This document shows positions 10,782 to 22,279 of a stretch of DNA of 59,213 bases, piece by piece (within the stretch, counting starts at the first letter, position 1; each line of letters opens with the position of its first letter). Source of the DNA: Thraustochytrium aureum (Eukaryota); contig BLSG01000384.1 in the NCBI GenBank assembly GCA_012862495.1, positions 45,790 through 105,002 of the forward strand. The letters are read 5' to 3'. The translations under genes were made by a program, and so were the position numbers. The notes below the pieces were generated by a model. It ran no database searches. It was not told the origin of the DNA and saw nothing but the letters and a program-made list of their open reading frames with translations.

Positions 10782-11925
10782 CTATGCTCCTGCCCCCTGG
10801 ATGATCCACATCGTCCCAAAGCTGCTGCCCGAGCCCAAGCCAAGGCCTACCGTGAGCGCTGTCACTGATATCGTCGCCGCCAAGTCGCGGTGCACGGGCG
10901 GCACCAGCCGCGAGGCGTGGACCATCGAGGCCGTGCCAACAAACCCGTTCGAAAACCCACAGAGCGCAGACACCACAATGGGCAACGCGTCGTTGTCGAA
11001 GAGGATCGGGAGCCGCGAGTCCTTGACGCGCATCACCCAAAACATTGGCAAGAAGACAACGCGCGCCAACGCCACGTGAAGCAGCTGACGCCCAGAGAAA
11101 GGCTGCCAACGTGCCTGGACGACGCGCCCGACCAAGTCGAACGCGTTGAACAGCAGGAAGAGCACCGGCACGAAGAGGTCGTTCCAAAACCGCGTGGTTC
11201 CCTCGGCGCACTTGCGCGTCGACTCGGTCACCGCCGTGACGGCCGGAAACACGCTAAGAGTGACCCAGAAGGTGAGCAGCACCGCTGCACACGGATGCAA
11301 GGTCAGCCGAGCGACGAGCTTGATCGTCCTCAAGTCCCAGGCTTCGTGGGTTGGCAGCCGGTTTAGCTCCCGCCGGTGAAGTTCTTCCACGTCGAGCAGG
11401 GCGTCCCCGTCATCCGCGTCTGCCTCTTCACTGCTGTCGGTCTCGTCCTGGCGGCTTGGCGCGACGTTTCGCGGCAGCGCTGGGGCGGCAAGCTCTTCGA
11501 ACGGGTTGCTAGCACCCAGCGTGTTGCCCTCGTCCCCAATGAAGGGCTCGAGCAAAGCGCCTGGGCCGCGTTTCCGCTCTCGAGCGCTTTGGCGCGCTTT
11601 CACAGCCGCGTACGCAGCGACGCACAGGAGGCAAACGGCAGAGGCCACGGCAAAGTACGACACCGCACTGATATCGGCTTTGAAGGGCTCGTCGTCGTTA
11701 TGGCGGCGAGGACCAAACGAGGCGCTCGGTGGGGGCGGCGTCGGGCACACGTCGCTCTTCTGCGGCGCGGAGGCTGTGGTCACCAAACTGGTCAGCGACG
11801 CGACCACGCCAGCAAAGGCCTGGCCTGAGAAGAACGAGGACGCGCAGTCTCGCGGGAACCGGCTCGCGAGCCCCGTCACTCCAGCAATCATCGGCGCAGC
11901 AAGCAGGCCAGCCGCCACGACGCAC
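10782..11925 (-). CDS. Equilibrative nucleoside transporter (ENT/SLC29), 5' part in gap
   Basis: SGQAFAGVVASL, a large cytosolic loop, FWVTLSVFP, FLLFNAFDLVGR and GFSNGFVGT are ENT hallmarks. Confidence 0.92.
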
Positions 11926-12573
11926 NNNNNNNNNNNNNNNNNNNNNNNNNNNNNNNNNNNNNNNNNNNNNNNNNNNNNNNNNNNNNNNNNNNNNNNNNNN
12001 NNNNNNNNNNNNNNNNNNNNNNNNNNNNNNNNNNNNNNNNNNNNNNNNNNNNNNNNNNNNNNNNNNNNNNNNNNNNNNNNNNNNNNNNNNNNNNNNNNNN
12101 NNNNNNNNNNNNNNNNNNNNNNNNNNNNNNNNNNNNNNNNNNNNNNNNNNNNNNNNNNNNNNNNNNNNNNNNNNNNNNNNNNNNNNNNNNNNNNNNNNNN
12201 NNNNNNNNNNNNNNNNNNNNNNNNNNNNNNNNNNNNNNNNNNNNNNNNNNNNNNNNNNNNNNNNNNNNNNNNNNNNNNNNNNNNNNNNNNNNNNNNNNNN
12301 NNNNNNNNNNNNNNNNNNNNNNNNNNNNNNNNNNNNNNNNNNNNNNNNNNNNNNNNNNNNNNNNNNNNNNNNNNNNNNNNNNNNNNNNNNNNNNNNNNNN
12401 NNNNNNNNNNNNNNNNNNNNNNNNNNNNNNNNNNNNNNNNNNNNNNNNNNNNNNNNNNNNNNNNNNNNNNNNNNNNNNNNNNNNNNNNNNNNNNNNNNNN
12501 NNNNNNNNNNNNNNNNNNNNNNNNNNNNNNNNNNNNNNNNNNNNNNNNNNNNNNNNNNNNNNNNNNNNNNNNN

Positions 12574-13962
12574 CCTGGATGGCAGAGTGCGCGGCAAGCT
12601 GGACGCCGTTCTCGCAGAGTGCGAGGCAACGCCGGCTTGCCAAGGTGTTGTGCGGGGCCGGCACGGCTCGTTCACGCTGCACAGCAGCGCGCAGGTGCTC
12701 GCCTCGACGCAAGGCGAGCTGGCTTTCTCGTGGGCATGCAGGGACCTTGACCCGGCCCAGACCAAGCTCACCGACTGGATCCCGCCCGAGCCCCCGCTCC
12801 TGCGCTGGCAGCCGCGTGACCGCGAGCCAACGCGGTGCCGGCGCTCGCACGGGGGCCACGAGACGATCCTGATTAGCGTGGCCTCGTACCGCGACTCGCT
12901 CTGCCTGGCGACGGTCAATGACGCCTTTGCGCGTGCCCGGCACCCCGAGCGCCTTTCTTTCGCCATCGTCCAGCAAAACCTACCCTTCGACCCGCCGTGT
13001 GTCCCGACGGCGGCCGAGTGCGAGGAGCGGCAGAGGGAGGGAAACGCTCCACCAGCTTGCGCGCACCTCGCTCGTATTCGAGTCCACGCGATCGATGCTC
13101 GGCTCGCTCGGGGCCCGACGTTTGCAAGGCACCGCGCCGACAAAATGTACCGCGGGGAGACGTTTCTGCTCCAGATCGATTCGCACATGGTTTTCGTGAA
13201 AGATTGGGACGTGCGCATGATTGCCCAGTGGAGCGTTGCGGGCGACGAGTTTGGCGTTCTCACGACCTACCCGACGATGGTCGGCGGCTCCCTAAACTCG
13301 GCAGAGGGAGAGTCGCTTCACACCACAGCGCCGGTGATGTGCCGGGCGGGTCCGATGAGCGGCGGCCTGATTCGCTTCGACGGGGCCTTGGAGATGCCTG
13401 CGCTGCGCGACGACGAGAGACCGATCGCGCAGCCGTTTTGGGCCGCAGGGCTTTCGTTCAGTCGCGGCCATCGGGCTTTGCTTGTACCTTACGACTGCTG
13501 CACGCCGCAGCTCTTTATGGGGGAGGAGATCGGGATGATGGCTCGGATGTTCACGCACGGCTACTCGTTCTACGCCTTCCAGTCGAGCCTCGTGTTTCAC
13601 TACTACCCGTTCGAGCGGCCCAAGACGACGGTGACCATGTTTTGGGAGAATGCTGAAAACAAGGTGGTCGACGCGCGCCTCATGAGCCGTAGTATAGACC
13701 GGATTGGCAGCCTGCTCGGTCTGCGGCCTGTGTCTGGCGTCCCGCCGCCCCGAGCCGCTATGGGCTCGGGGCGCGACGTCCTTTGCGGTCGCTGCTCAAA
13801 CTCCTAGGCGTGCGCGCCAGGCGCGATCTGCGGGTGTTTCAGACGATCAACGGCGACTTTTGCGGCGAGGTCTCAAGGCGCGCCTTTGCGTTCCCGGCAG
13901 CCATGCAGTGCGAGGTGTTCCCGCGGTGGGAGAACTCGCTTGACCACTTTGCGGCACCATGA
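12574..13962 (+). CDS. GT60-family polypeptide GlcNAc-transferase (Gnt1/Gnt2-like); 5' end in gap; one frameshift near 13745
   Basis: ISVASYRD, ARGPTFARH, YRGETFLLQIDSHMVF..WD, PFWAAGLSFS and LFMGEEI...RMFTHGY are present. The family C-terminal YGLG-x2-R motif (RYGLGARRPL) appears in the -1 frame, which stops at 13960-13962. Confidence 0.9.
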
Positions 13963-14681
13963 CCACCGACGATTTGGACTTGCGTTGCGTCCCAGCGCCA
14001 CTTCGGAAGTTCTTGCACTCAGGCTCTCAGGCTGATTGATTTCTTGCACTGATCGATTTCATGAACAACAAGATGGATTGATGATTGATGATTGATTCTT
14101 GTCGATGGGGAAAACAAAAGCAAGGAAGAGGAACACATTCATTCCCGATGGCGAGGCAGCCCCACGGCCGCTCGCAGCTCCACCATGGCTTGGCGGCGCA
14201 GCGCACATCGCTCGCGCGGCCGAGCGCCCGCGACGGGGCTCGACCGTCGGCATGCACGACGCCTTCCAGACCGCAACGGACATTCCCAGCGGACGCAGAG
14301 CGTTCTTGAGCGCGACAGAGGCCGCACGAACGAACACCTGCCTGGTCCAACTCGACAGCAGAGTCGATCGATTGCTCAGCGCGAGGTACGCGCAGAATAC
14401 CCTCGGCCGCTCCAGCTCCGGAGGCACATCGAACGAACGCGGCGTCGATCGAGTGCGTACTCACAGTACTCGCATACCTCCTCCTCGTCGCCGCCCCGCT
14501 CTGCGCCAAGGCGTCCTTGACGCACGGCCAGGCAGGCAGGCGCTCGCGCGGTCGAGGCGGCCGAAGAAGAGTGTGCGGGCCCACCTCGCGCAGCTTGCGC
14601 AGATCCCTGGCACGAGCGGGTTAAAAGGCGCGGAGGTGGTCGGAAAGAGCAGAGCTGGCGCCTCGACCTGGGAAGTGGGCC

Positions 14682-17057
14682 ATGGACCAGTTCGACACCT
14701 TGCTCGAGCGGCTGGACGCCAACGTCGCCTCGCTGGGCAAGAAAGAGCTCTACCGCTGGGCTGATGACAAAGGGAGAATCACGCGCACGCTGACGTATGA
14801 GGCGCTGGGCGAGACCACCGACGCACTGGCGTCCGCGCTCGTCTCCGCGGACGGGTGGGCGCTCAAACCGGGCACCAACGTGCTGCTGGTTTATCCGCCC
14901 GGGCTTGACTTTATCGTGGCGTTCCTGTCCTGCCTCAAGGCCGGCCTCGTGGCAGTGCCCGTGTACCCGCCCCGCCCAGGCCTCTCCAAGGACCTGAGCA
15001 TGTTCATCAGCGTGCAGAGCAACTGCGCGGCCACCGTGGCGCTCACGAACAGCACCTACGACCACGCAAAGCGCATCATCGCCTTCAAGCAGCTCTTCAC
15101 AGGAACCAAGGTAAAGTGGCCCGAGCTGCGGTGGATCGTGACAGACGAGTCCAAAGTGCCCAAGGTCAAGTCCGGCCTCCGCGCGTTCGCGGCGATGGTG
15201 CCTGCCGTGAAGCGCGACAATCTCGCCTTCCTTCAGTACACGTCCGGCTCGACCTCGCAGCCCAAGGGCGTGATGATCACGCACGGCAACCTGGGCCACA
15301 ACCTTTCGACCATCATCAAAGCCCTCAACGCCTCGGCCGACACCGTCGTGGTTTCGTGGCTGCCCTGCTACCACGACATGGGCCTGATCGGTTCCCTGCT
15401 TGGGGCTGCCTACTGTGGCGGCTCGGGGACGTACATGTCGCCGATCAGTTTCATCAAAAACCCGGTGCTCTGGCTGGAGCTCATGTCCAAGTACCGCGCC
15501 ACGCACGTGCAGGGGCCAAACTTTGCCTACAAGCTCGTCGTGCGCAAGTGGAAGGCGAGCTTGGCTGGCCGGCCCTCGTCGGACGTCAAGCTCGACCTCT
15601 CCAGCGTGCGCCACATCTTCAACGCGGCGGAGCCCATCGAAGTCGACGCGCTCGACCTGTTCACGCGCACATTTGCCCCGTACAAGCTGGCCAAGGCGGC
15701 GATGGCGCCCGGCTACGGCCTCGCAGAAAACACCGTCTACGTGTGCGACCGCGGCGAGCAGCGCTTGCTCGTGGACAAGGTTGCCCTCGAGGCCGAGCGC
15801 CGTGTCATCGTTGTGGTGGGCGAAGGGGAGGGTGCCGGCGCGGCCCGCACCTCCTGGGTCGTCGGCTGTGGAAACCCGCACCGCAACCCCGAGTCGGGGA
15901 TCCAGGTTCGCATTGTGGACGAAAAGTCGCAGCAGCTCCTCCCAGACGACGTGGTCGGGGAGATTTGGATCGATTCGCCGTCCAAGGCCGCCGGGTACTT
16001 TAATCTGGAGGCCAAGACGATGTCCGACTTCCACGCCGTGATTCGAGACGAGGACGGCAACGCGGTGGAGGAGGGCCGCGAGTGGTTGCGCTCTGGCGAC
16101 CTCGGGTTCATCCACGAGAGCGAGCTGTTTGTGTGCGGGAGGATCAAGGACCTCATCATCGTCCGCGGGAGGAACCACTACCCGCAGGATATAGAGCACA
16201 CTGTGGAGCAGGCCGACGAGCTCGTGCGGCCCGGCTGCGTTGCGGCGTTCACCACGACTGACTCGGAAGGCGCGGGCGAGCACCTGGCCGTGGTCGCCGA
16301 GGTGCGCGATCCTCGAGCGGGCGCGCTGGAAGCGCTCTCGCAAAAGCTGCGCCAGCGCATCAGCGCGGAGCACGGTGTGCTGCCGTACGCGGTTGTGCTG
16401 ATTCGCGAACGCTCAATCCCGAAGACGACGAGTGGCAAGATCAGCCGGTTCCGCGCCAAGGCGGCCTTCGAGCAGGGCACTTTGGACGAGGTAAACCGGT
16501 GGGTCGGCGACGTCAAGGCGGCCTTCCTCGACAACGAGGCTGAAGCGGAGATAAACCAGGCGCTGTCGCAAGAGGCCGACGCTGCGAGTGGCGATGCCGT
16601 TGCCGCGAGCTCCCGATCACAGCCCGCGCTGACAGCGATCGGGACGGTTGACCCGAAAACGGGCAGCAAGCTTCGAGGCGACGCGCTCCTGGAAAGTCTC
16701 AAAGAGGATATCGCCCGCCTTATCGAGGGCGACCCAGGCCAGCTGGACACCAAGGCGCCCCTGATCCAGCTGGGCATGGACTCGATGGCCCTGACGCAGC
16801 TCAAGGGCATCTTGGAGACTGTTTACGGCACGGACATCGCCGAGGTAGAGCTCTTTGACGAGGAGACGACAATAGAGACCGTCATGGCCCGTTGCGAGGG
16901 CGCGCCGCCAGCGGACAAGTTTCTCGTGGGCGGCGGCGCAGGTGCCGCTCCAAGCGCCGGTGTTGAGGCCGGCGCTGCTGCGCCCGCGCCGGCGAAGCCC
17001 AAGATGCGGAAGAAGAAGCAGAGCCTCTTTGGATGCTTCAAAGTTTGCGGGCTCTGA
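14682..17057 (+). CDS. Fatty acyl-AMP ligase (FAAL) fused to a C-terminal acyl carrier protein domain
   Basis: FLQYTSGSTSQPKGV, WLPCYHDMGLIG, GYGLAEN, a FAAL-type insertion (VDKVALEAERRV...VGCG), LRSGDLGF, GRIKDLIIVRGRNHYPQDIE and IPKTTSGKISR, then the ACP signature LGMDSM with the phosphopantetheine Ser. Confidence 0.93.
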   Translation: MDQFDTLLERLDANVASLGKKELYRWADDKGRITRTLTYEALGETTDALASALVSADGWALKPGTNVLLVYPPGLDFIVAFLSCLKAGLVAVPVYPPRPGLSKDLSMFISVQSNCAATVALTNSTYDHAKRIIAFKQLFTGTKVKWPELRWIVTDESKVPKVKSGLRAFAAMVPAVKRDNLAFLQYTSGSTSQPKGVMITHGNLGHNLSTIIKALNASADTVVVSWLPCYHDMGLIGSLLGAAYCGGSGTYMSPISFIKNPVLWLELMSKYRATHVQGPNFAYKLVVRKWKASLAGRPSSDVKLDLSSVRHIFNAAEPIEVDALDLFTRTFAPYKLAKAAMAPGYGLAENTVYVCDRGEQRLLVDKVALEAERRVIVVVGEGEGAGAARTSWVVGCGNPHRNPESGIQVRIVDEKSQQLLPDDVVGEIWIDSPSKAAGYFNLEAKTMSDFHAVIRDEDGNAVEEGREWLRSGDLGFIHESELFVCGRIKDLIIVRGRNHYPQDIEHTVEQADELVRPGCVAAFTTTDSEGAGEHLAVVAEVRDPRAGALEALSQKLRQRISAEHGVLPYAVVLIRERSIPKTTSGKISRFRAKAAFEQGTLDEVNRWVGDVKAAFLDNEAEAEINQALSQEADAASGDAVAASSRSQPALTAIGTVDPKTGSKLRGDALLESLKEDIARLIEGDPGQLDTKAPLIQLGMDSMALTQLKGILETVYGTDIAEVELFDEETTIETVMARCEGAPPADKFLVGGGAGAAPSAGVEAGAAAPAPAKPKMRKKKQSLFGCFKVCGL

Positions 17058-17264
17058 GCCACCTCAGGTCGGAGTCGCCGGTGTAGCAAGTAAGGTAGCC
17101 GAAAGGGTGAAAGGGAAGGCGCAAGAGTTTGAGTTGATGCGCGCTTGCGAGCCCTCGATAATAGGCAGATGAGCGCGATGATGCATTTCTTTTTTCTTCG
17201 TGAGTGCTTGACTGAGAGGCCTCTCGGTGTGTCAAGTTCCGGGGCCGCGATGCGACGGCAAGAG

Positions 17265-18062
17265 CTACAAGTAGTGCGTCTTGTGCGTGATGGGGCGGCC
17301 ATACTTTTCTTCCACCTTCTTGATGAGCTCTGGCAACGCATCGTCGAGCTGGTCGCCTTTCTTCACGCACAGCTGACACAGCTCGAGCGCAATCTTGGCG
17401 CCCTGCTTGGCTTCCTTGGTGTCGTCCTTGACGTCCAAGTTGAGCACATGGATCTCCTTGTACTCTTGCGGCTCACGCGCCTCCAGGTCCTTGACGAGGA
17501 TGTCGTAGACGCGTTCTTCAAAGCAAAACACAACGTTGAACTGCGACACGTCCTCGTAGTCTTGGAACCGTTCGGGGTGCTCTTTGATCTCGATGTTGCG
17601 GTCCAGCATGTCCAGCAGACCGCGGTCCCGGTACCACTGCAGCTCGCCTCGCTCGACGATCTCATTCTTCATTTCGCTGTACGTCTTGTCGAACTCAAAG
17701 CTGAGCGGCTGTCCTGTCGGCGCAGGCAGACGCACCATGTTGCCCACGCCGAAGGAAGTCACGTCCAGTCCATGCTCTTTGAATTGCTTGTGGGCCTCCA
17801 TGGACCTGTTCATGTTGCTCGAGCAGACCACGGCGAACTTGAGCTCTTCCTTCTCGTCGTCATCGTCGTCCTCCTCCTCCTCTTCCTCGTCATCCTTGCC
17901 GGTCTCGTCCTCGACAGCTTCGGCCTTTTCATCGCCGTCGGCCTGGCCTTGCCCGGCGTCCTCATTGCCGAGCTCAGCCGTCTGACCCTCGTCGCCCTTG
18001 GCCTTCTTGGCGTCGTCGTCGAGGACCTCCTGGCCCGCGGCTTCCGCGCGGTCTCGCTTCAT
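17265..18062 (-). CDS. SSU72: RNA polymerase II CTD phosphatase Ssu72 with acidic N-terminal extension
   Basis: KFAVVCSSNMNRSMEAH active site, SFGVGNMVRLP, LDMLDRN..IK..PERFQ and FEERVYD. Probable ATG at 18062. Confidence 0.95.
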   Translation of the reverse strand: MKRDRAEAAGQEVLDDDAKKAKGDEGQTAELGNEDAGQGQADGDEKAEAVEDETGKDDEEEEEEDDDDDEKEELKFAVVCSSNMNRSMEAHKQFKEHGLDVTSFGVGNMVRLPAPTGQPLSFEFDKTYSEMKNEIVERGELQWYRDRGLLDMLDRNIEIKEHPERFQDYEDVSQFNVVFCFEERVYDILVKDLEAREPQEYKEIHVLNLDVKDDTKEAKQGAKIALELCQLCVKKGDQLDDALPELIKKVEEKYGRPITHKTHYL

Positions 18063-18789
18063 CGCTGCGGCGAATGCGCTCCGCACCGAGCCGCTCGCTC
18101 TCGCGCCAGCTCCCTGCAGCCGGAGCGCCCAGCAGGCAGGCTGTCCGAGGTGCGCGGGTGGCGGTTGGCGGGCGGGCGGGCGGGTGGGCGGACGGGCGGG
18201 ATCCTCCCTCGTGCTCGTCTCCCCAAGCTCTACGCGCCAGGAGCACGCGGGCGCAGCCACTGCCTGCAAAGGCGCGCGCTCCCCTGACCTGATCCGCGTT
18301 GCCCGTCTCGGTCCTTGCGCAGCGAAGGGGCTCTGCCCGCCCGCCTGCCTGCGCGTCCAACGCGAGAGTTGTTTTTTGGTCCACAAAGAATCATCGAATT
18401 GGCAAGGAGAACGACTTGGATGTCGTTGGTGCCCGCTCGCGCCGTCTATCGACTGATCATCGCGCGAGGCGGTCGCCACGGAGGCCGGTCAGCGTGTGAT
18501 CGCTGTCGCTGGTTGGCAGGGTTGTTTTGTTGGGTTGGGTGGGTTGTTTTGTTCGGGNNNNNNNNNNNNNNNNNNNNNNNNNNNNNNNNNNNNNNNNNNN
18601 NNNNNNNNNNNNNNNNNNNNNNNNNNNNNNNNCGTCCAACTCGAGTGGAGATCAGGTCTTACTTGCATGGTCGAGCGCGAGTTTTGGTCGACGAGGCAAG
18701 GCGCGCTTTGCTTTGGATGGGACGCGTACGTCTATCTATCTTCATCTGTGGTGCTCTTTGCGCCGCCCAAGCAAGTTGGATTCGAGTTC

Positions 18790-19647
18790 TCAAGCCCCTG
18801 CGGTGGGCGCTACAGGGTACTCGGGGTCGGGCCACGAGAGTATCTCAAACATGCTCGGCTCGCAATGCCGCGGTTTGGTCGGCATGCCAAACGTGTAGAC
18901 GGACACCTCCGGCGACGAGGGCCCCGAGTCATCCCCATCGGGCCCAGGCCCCATCGCGTCGCTGGCCACTTGCGGAGCATCGACTTGGTTTGCCGGGTTT
19001 GCTTCGAAGGCTGAGGTCTGAGCAGCTTCGGCGTCCATGCATTCTTGAATGTTGTAGTTGTGCTCCCGCAGCGTTTCATGGAAGGCTTTGGCGCGGGCAG
19101 ACGATTCAAAGACCTGGGTTGGGTCAGCATCACCGGCGTGCACGTTGAACGACTTGAGGTAGTTGGCGTCGTTCACAGGCCGCGTGTTGCAGCGGCCGTA
19201 GTTGTGCGGCAGCGGCCGCTTGAACACACGGTTGAACTTTGTGTCTGGCATCTCTCGCGTCACCACGGGGATGCGCACAGCGACGCTTGGCTGGCCGGGG
19301 GCGCCGCGAAGCTCGCGCTCTATAGCGAATCCAGGCGGGAGAACCATCACGTTGCGTCGCTCGGGGCTGACCTGGACAGGCTCGCCAGCCCGCTGCACGA
19401 ACACCCATTCTTCCGCCTCTTCGGCCTTTCTCGCCAGCGCTTTGGAGCGAATGGCACTCGCCGCCCTGCGTTTCGTCTGCCATGGCTTTGCGTTTGCTCG
19501 CGCAGCCTTCCTCTCGCGCGCTGCGTCAGCCTTGGCGCGCGCCAGGCGGTCCAGCTCTGGGTTTCTGAACGCAGACATGGCCTCGCTGGCCCACGCGTTT
19601 TCTGCGGCTGGCTTCGCCACCTGTTTCTTGCCAGCCATCGGGGCCAT
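18790..19647 (-). CDS. Hypothetical basic protein
   Basis: Long ORF from MAPMAGKK with protein-like composition. No family recognised. Confidence 0.55.
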   Translation of the reverse strand: MAPMAGKKQVAKPAAENAWASEAMSAFRNPELDRLARAKADAARERKAARANAKPWQTKRRAASAIRSKALARKAEEAEEWVFVQRAGEPVQVSPERRNVMVLPPGFAIERELRGAPGQPSVAVRIPVVTREMPDTKFNRVFKRPLPHNYGRCNTRPVNDANYLKSFNVHAGDADPTQVFESSARAKAFHETLREHNYNIQECMDAEAAQTSAFEANPANQVDAPQVASDAMGPGPDGDDSGPSSPEVSVYTFGMPTKPRHCEPSMFEILSWPDPEYPVAPTAGA

Positions 19648-20999
19648 CGCGTCCCGACCTTTTGCGCGCGCCTGCTCGCTGCGTGAGCCTTGCGAGCTCA
19701 GCCTTTCGAGCTCAGTCAGCTCGACAACCTGGGCGCCTTTCTTCGACCAGGTAAGTTGGGCGCCAACGAAACAACTACAAACCAACCGGCCAACCAACCG
19801 CAGCTGCCGCCCGCGCCTGAGCTTTCTTCTTCCTTCGTCGATACCAAGTCGATGCGGCCGGCTGCAGCTTTGGACCCTGTCGCGCGGCGTCCGAGCATCG
19901 AGCATCGAGCAGTTGCGTTACGATGCACGGGGGGCACCGAGTCCCCCACAATAGCCCCCAAATGGGCGCAAGACGCGCTCAGTTTCGCAGTAAAAAACCT
20001 GCGAAGGCCAATCATTGATGCAAAAGCCAAACCGCCGAGCGGCCGACGACCAACGTCGCGAGCACAAGCCTGTAGGCCCAGCTGCGAGTCATCACTGCAG
20101 GCCGTTCGATGGTTGCTCGGCCGCTTGTTTCGAGGTCGAGCTGGTGCTCGTTGACGTTGGTCGAGATCCAAGTCGCGGTCCAACCGCGACCTGCGAGCGA
20201 GCGAGCGAGCCGGCCGGCCGGCCGGCCTGTGTCTGCTCTTTTGAGGACAAAAAACGGACAAGCGCGGCTGCCGACCCACCTGCTGCTCGATCTCAATGTC
20301 GAGCTGTCGCACTCGACAATGGTGGGGCCAACGTGGCCTCGCTTTGCGTTGCTCAGTCGCTTGCTCGTTCTGTTGCAACTTGGCCGACGAGGACGTTTCG
20401 CTGGCTTTGGCGCGCACGGAGAGCGGTTGAGTTGGTACGTCCAAACTCGCGCGACAAACCCTGGCCAAAGATGGATGTTGAGCGTTCGTCTCTCGAGCGA
20501 GTAGTTTGCCCGTGGCATCTGCTGCAGGCCTGAGCTGAGCTTGCGCTGGGCATGCTCCTCCGCCAAGGCGAGAAGAGGGTCGCTGAAGGATGGATTGATC
20601 ATAAGAGGTCCGTTTCGAAAGGCGAAATAGCACGAGATCCCCTCCTCTCTTGTCGCTCAGTTTCGCCGCCCACTCAGTCCAGCGCTGGCTGGCCGGAGTG
20701 GCCGCGGTAGTCTTGCAGCAGCAGCAGCATCCGGGTGGCAGCGACTGCAGCAGTTCTGCTTTGTCGATTTGACCTCTGGACAACCAACCTCCCGAGGCAA
20801 GCTTTTGGCGCGGCGCCTCGAGTCGCAGCTCGACGCGGTTCGCGTCGCACTGTGCAGCCACGCAAGAAGCTTGCGCGCATAAGCGTGAGAGGGCATCGTG
20901 TCGGGGCGGCCGAGGGCGCATGCGCGTGGGCGATCGGAGTCGAACCGAAAAGGCTCGCTGTGCCTTGTCGGCGCAGCGAGGCCTTTGCAGCAGTGAGCC

Positions 21000-22238
21000 A
21001 TGGATCTTGGCGATGCTGCAGCGCGCGGAAGCGGTGCTCAATGGGGCTTCGAGGAGGTTCGCCGGAGTATGCGGGGCATTCGCGCTAGCAACGACGAGGT
21101 CGTCGACATGCTCGCGCTGTTCCTTTTCATGGTCGGGATCTCGTCCACTATCGAGCTGAAGGAGATCGTGTCCAAGCTGCGGCGCCCCAAGGCCATGCTT
21201 ATTGGCATGTTTGCTCAGTACATCTTCTTGCCTCCTGTCGGTTTCATGGTGAGCCGCCTCATCATGAGGCCGGGCGGGCTGAACGGAGAAATTGGCAACG
21301 AGTCAGATGCCAACCTCCATGCCATGGGCGTCGCGCTCATCGCCATGTGCTGCAGCCCAGGTGGGACGGCGTCCAACATAATGTGCCAAATGTTCAAGGC
21401 GGACGTGGCCTTGTCCATCTCTATGACCGCAGTGTCATCGTTCGTGGCTTTCGTGGCCCTTCCGGTGAACATATATGTATACCTGCGCCGCGGTGACAAC
21501 GAGATCACGATCGACGCGTGGGACTTGTCCAAGTTTACCTTTATTGTGGTTGTTGGAAGCCTCATCGGTCTCGCTGTGGAGCGATATGCGCACCGCCGGG
21601 CTTTAAAGGGGGTTCAGGTCATCGGTACTCTGGCAACGCTGTTTCTCATCGCCAAGTCTCTCGTCGGCAACATGAACTCCTCGACCCCGTTTTGGGATCT
21701 CCCGTGGCCAGTGCTCCGCGTTGTGATGTTGGGGGTTTTGATCCCGATCGTGTGTGGGCACGCATTTGGGGTCCTCATGTCGCTTGCCTTTCGCGTGGAG
21801 CGACATTCTGCGGTTGCTATTGCCCTGGAGGTTTCGATCCAGAACAAGCTTCTCGCGCTCGGTTTGCTCGGGGTTATTTACCCGGACAAGGACATGGCCA
21901 ACAAAGCGCGGCTCGTGCCGCTCATGTACGGGATGTTTTCCATAACGGTAAACGCGGTTATGCTCACCATCTACTGGAAGCTCGGCTGGACCAAGCTGCA
22001 CCCCTCGGAGCCGTTTTACGCGCCGCTGCGCGGCATCTGTCTTAGTAAAGTGGAGAGCACCTGCAAAGCGGAGGCCGCCGTGGGGCCCGCGCGCGCCAGG
22101 TCGGCCAAAGTGGTGAACATCGCCACGACGAGGACAACCGATTCCGCAAAGGGCGGAGAAGACAAGGCGATTGCCACAGCCGACACGACGAGTGGCAGCA
22201 CCGTGGCCGTGGAAGTAGGCAGCATCGTCGCCAGCTAG
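21000..22238 (+). CDS. Bile acid:Na+ symporter family (SLC10/BASS) transporter
   Basis: LIGMFAQYIFLPPVGF, CCSPGGTASN...ADVALSISMTAVSS and AIALEVSIQN motifs, with multiple TM helices. Confidence 0.92.
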   Translation: MDLGDAAARGSGAQWGFEEVRRSMRGIRASNDEVVDMLALFLFMVGISSTIELKEIVSKLRRPKAMLIGMFAQYIFLPPVGFMVSRLIMRPGGLNGEIGNESDANLHAMGVALIAMCCSPGGTASNIMCQMFKADVALSISMTAVSSFVAFVALPVNIYVYLRRGDNEITIDAWDLSKFTFIVVVGSLIGLAVERYAHRRALKGVQVIGTLATLFLIAKSLVGNMNSSTPFWDLPWPVLRVVMLGVLIPIVCGHAFGVLMSLAFRVERHSAVAIALEVSIQNKLLALGLLGVIYPDKDMANKARLVPLMYGMFSITVNAVMLTIYWKLGWTKLHPSEPFYAPLRGICLSKVESTCKAEAAVGPARARSAKVVNIATTRTTDSAKGGEDKAIATADTTSGSTVAVEVGSIVAS

Positions 22239-22279
22239 TAGGGCTGAGCAGCCACAGTCAAGCACCCGGAGCGGCCAAG

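Noticed and set aside
14376..16373. Long antisense ORFs opposite the FAAL, kinesin, Ssu72 and other genes
   Set aside because: Expected shadow ORFs from strong GC3 codon bias, with no motifs.
17043..17057. CaaX prenylation motif at the FAAL-ACP C-terminus
   Set aside because: The last four residues are VCGL, so the Cys is at -3 rather than -4. Kept only as a possible S-acylation tail.
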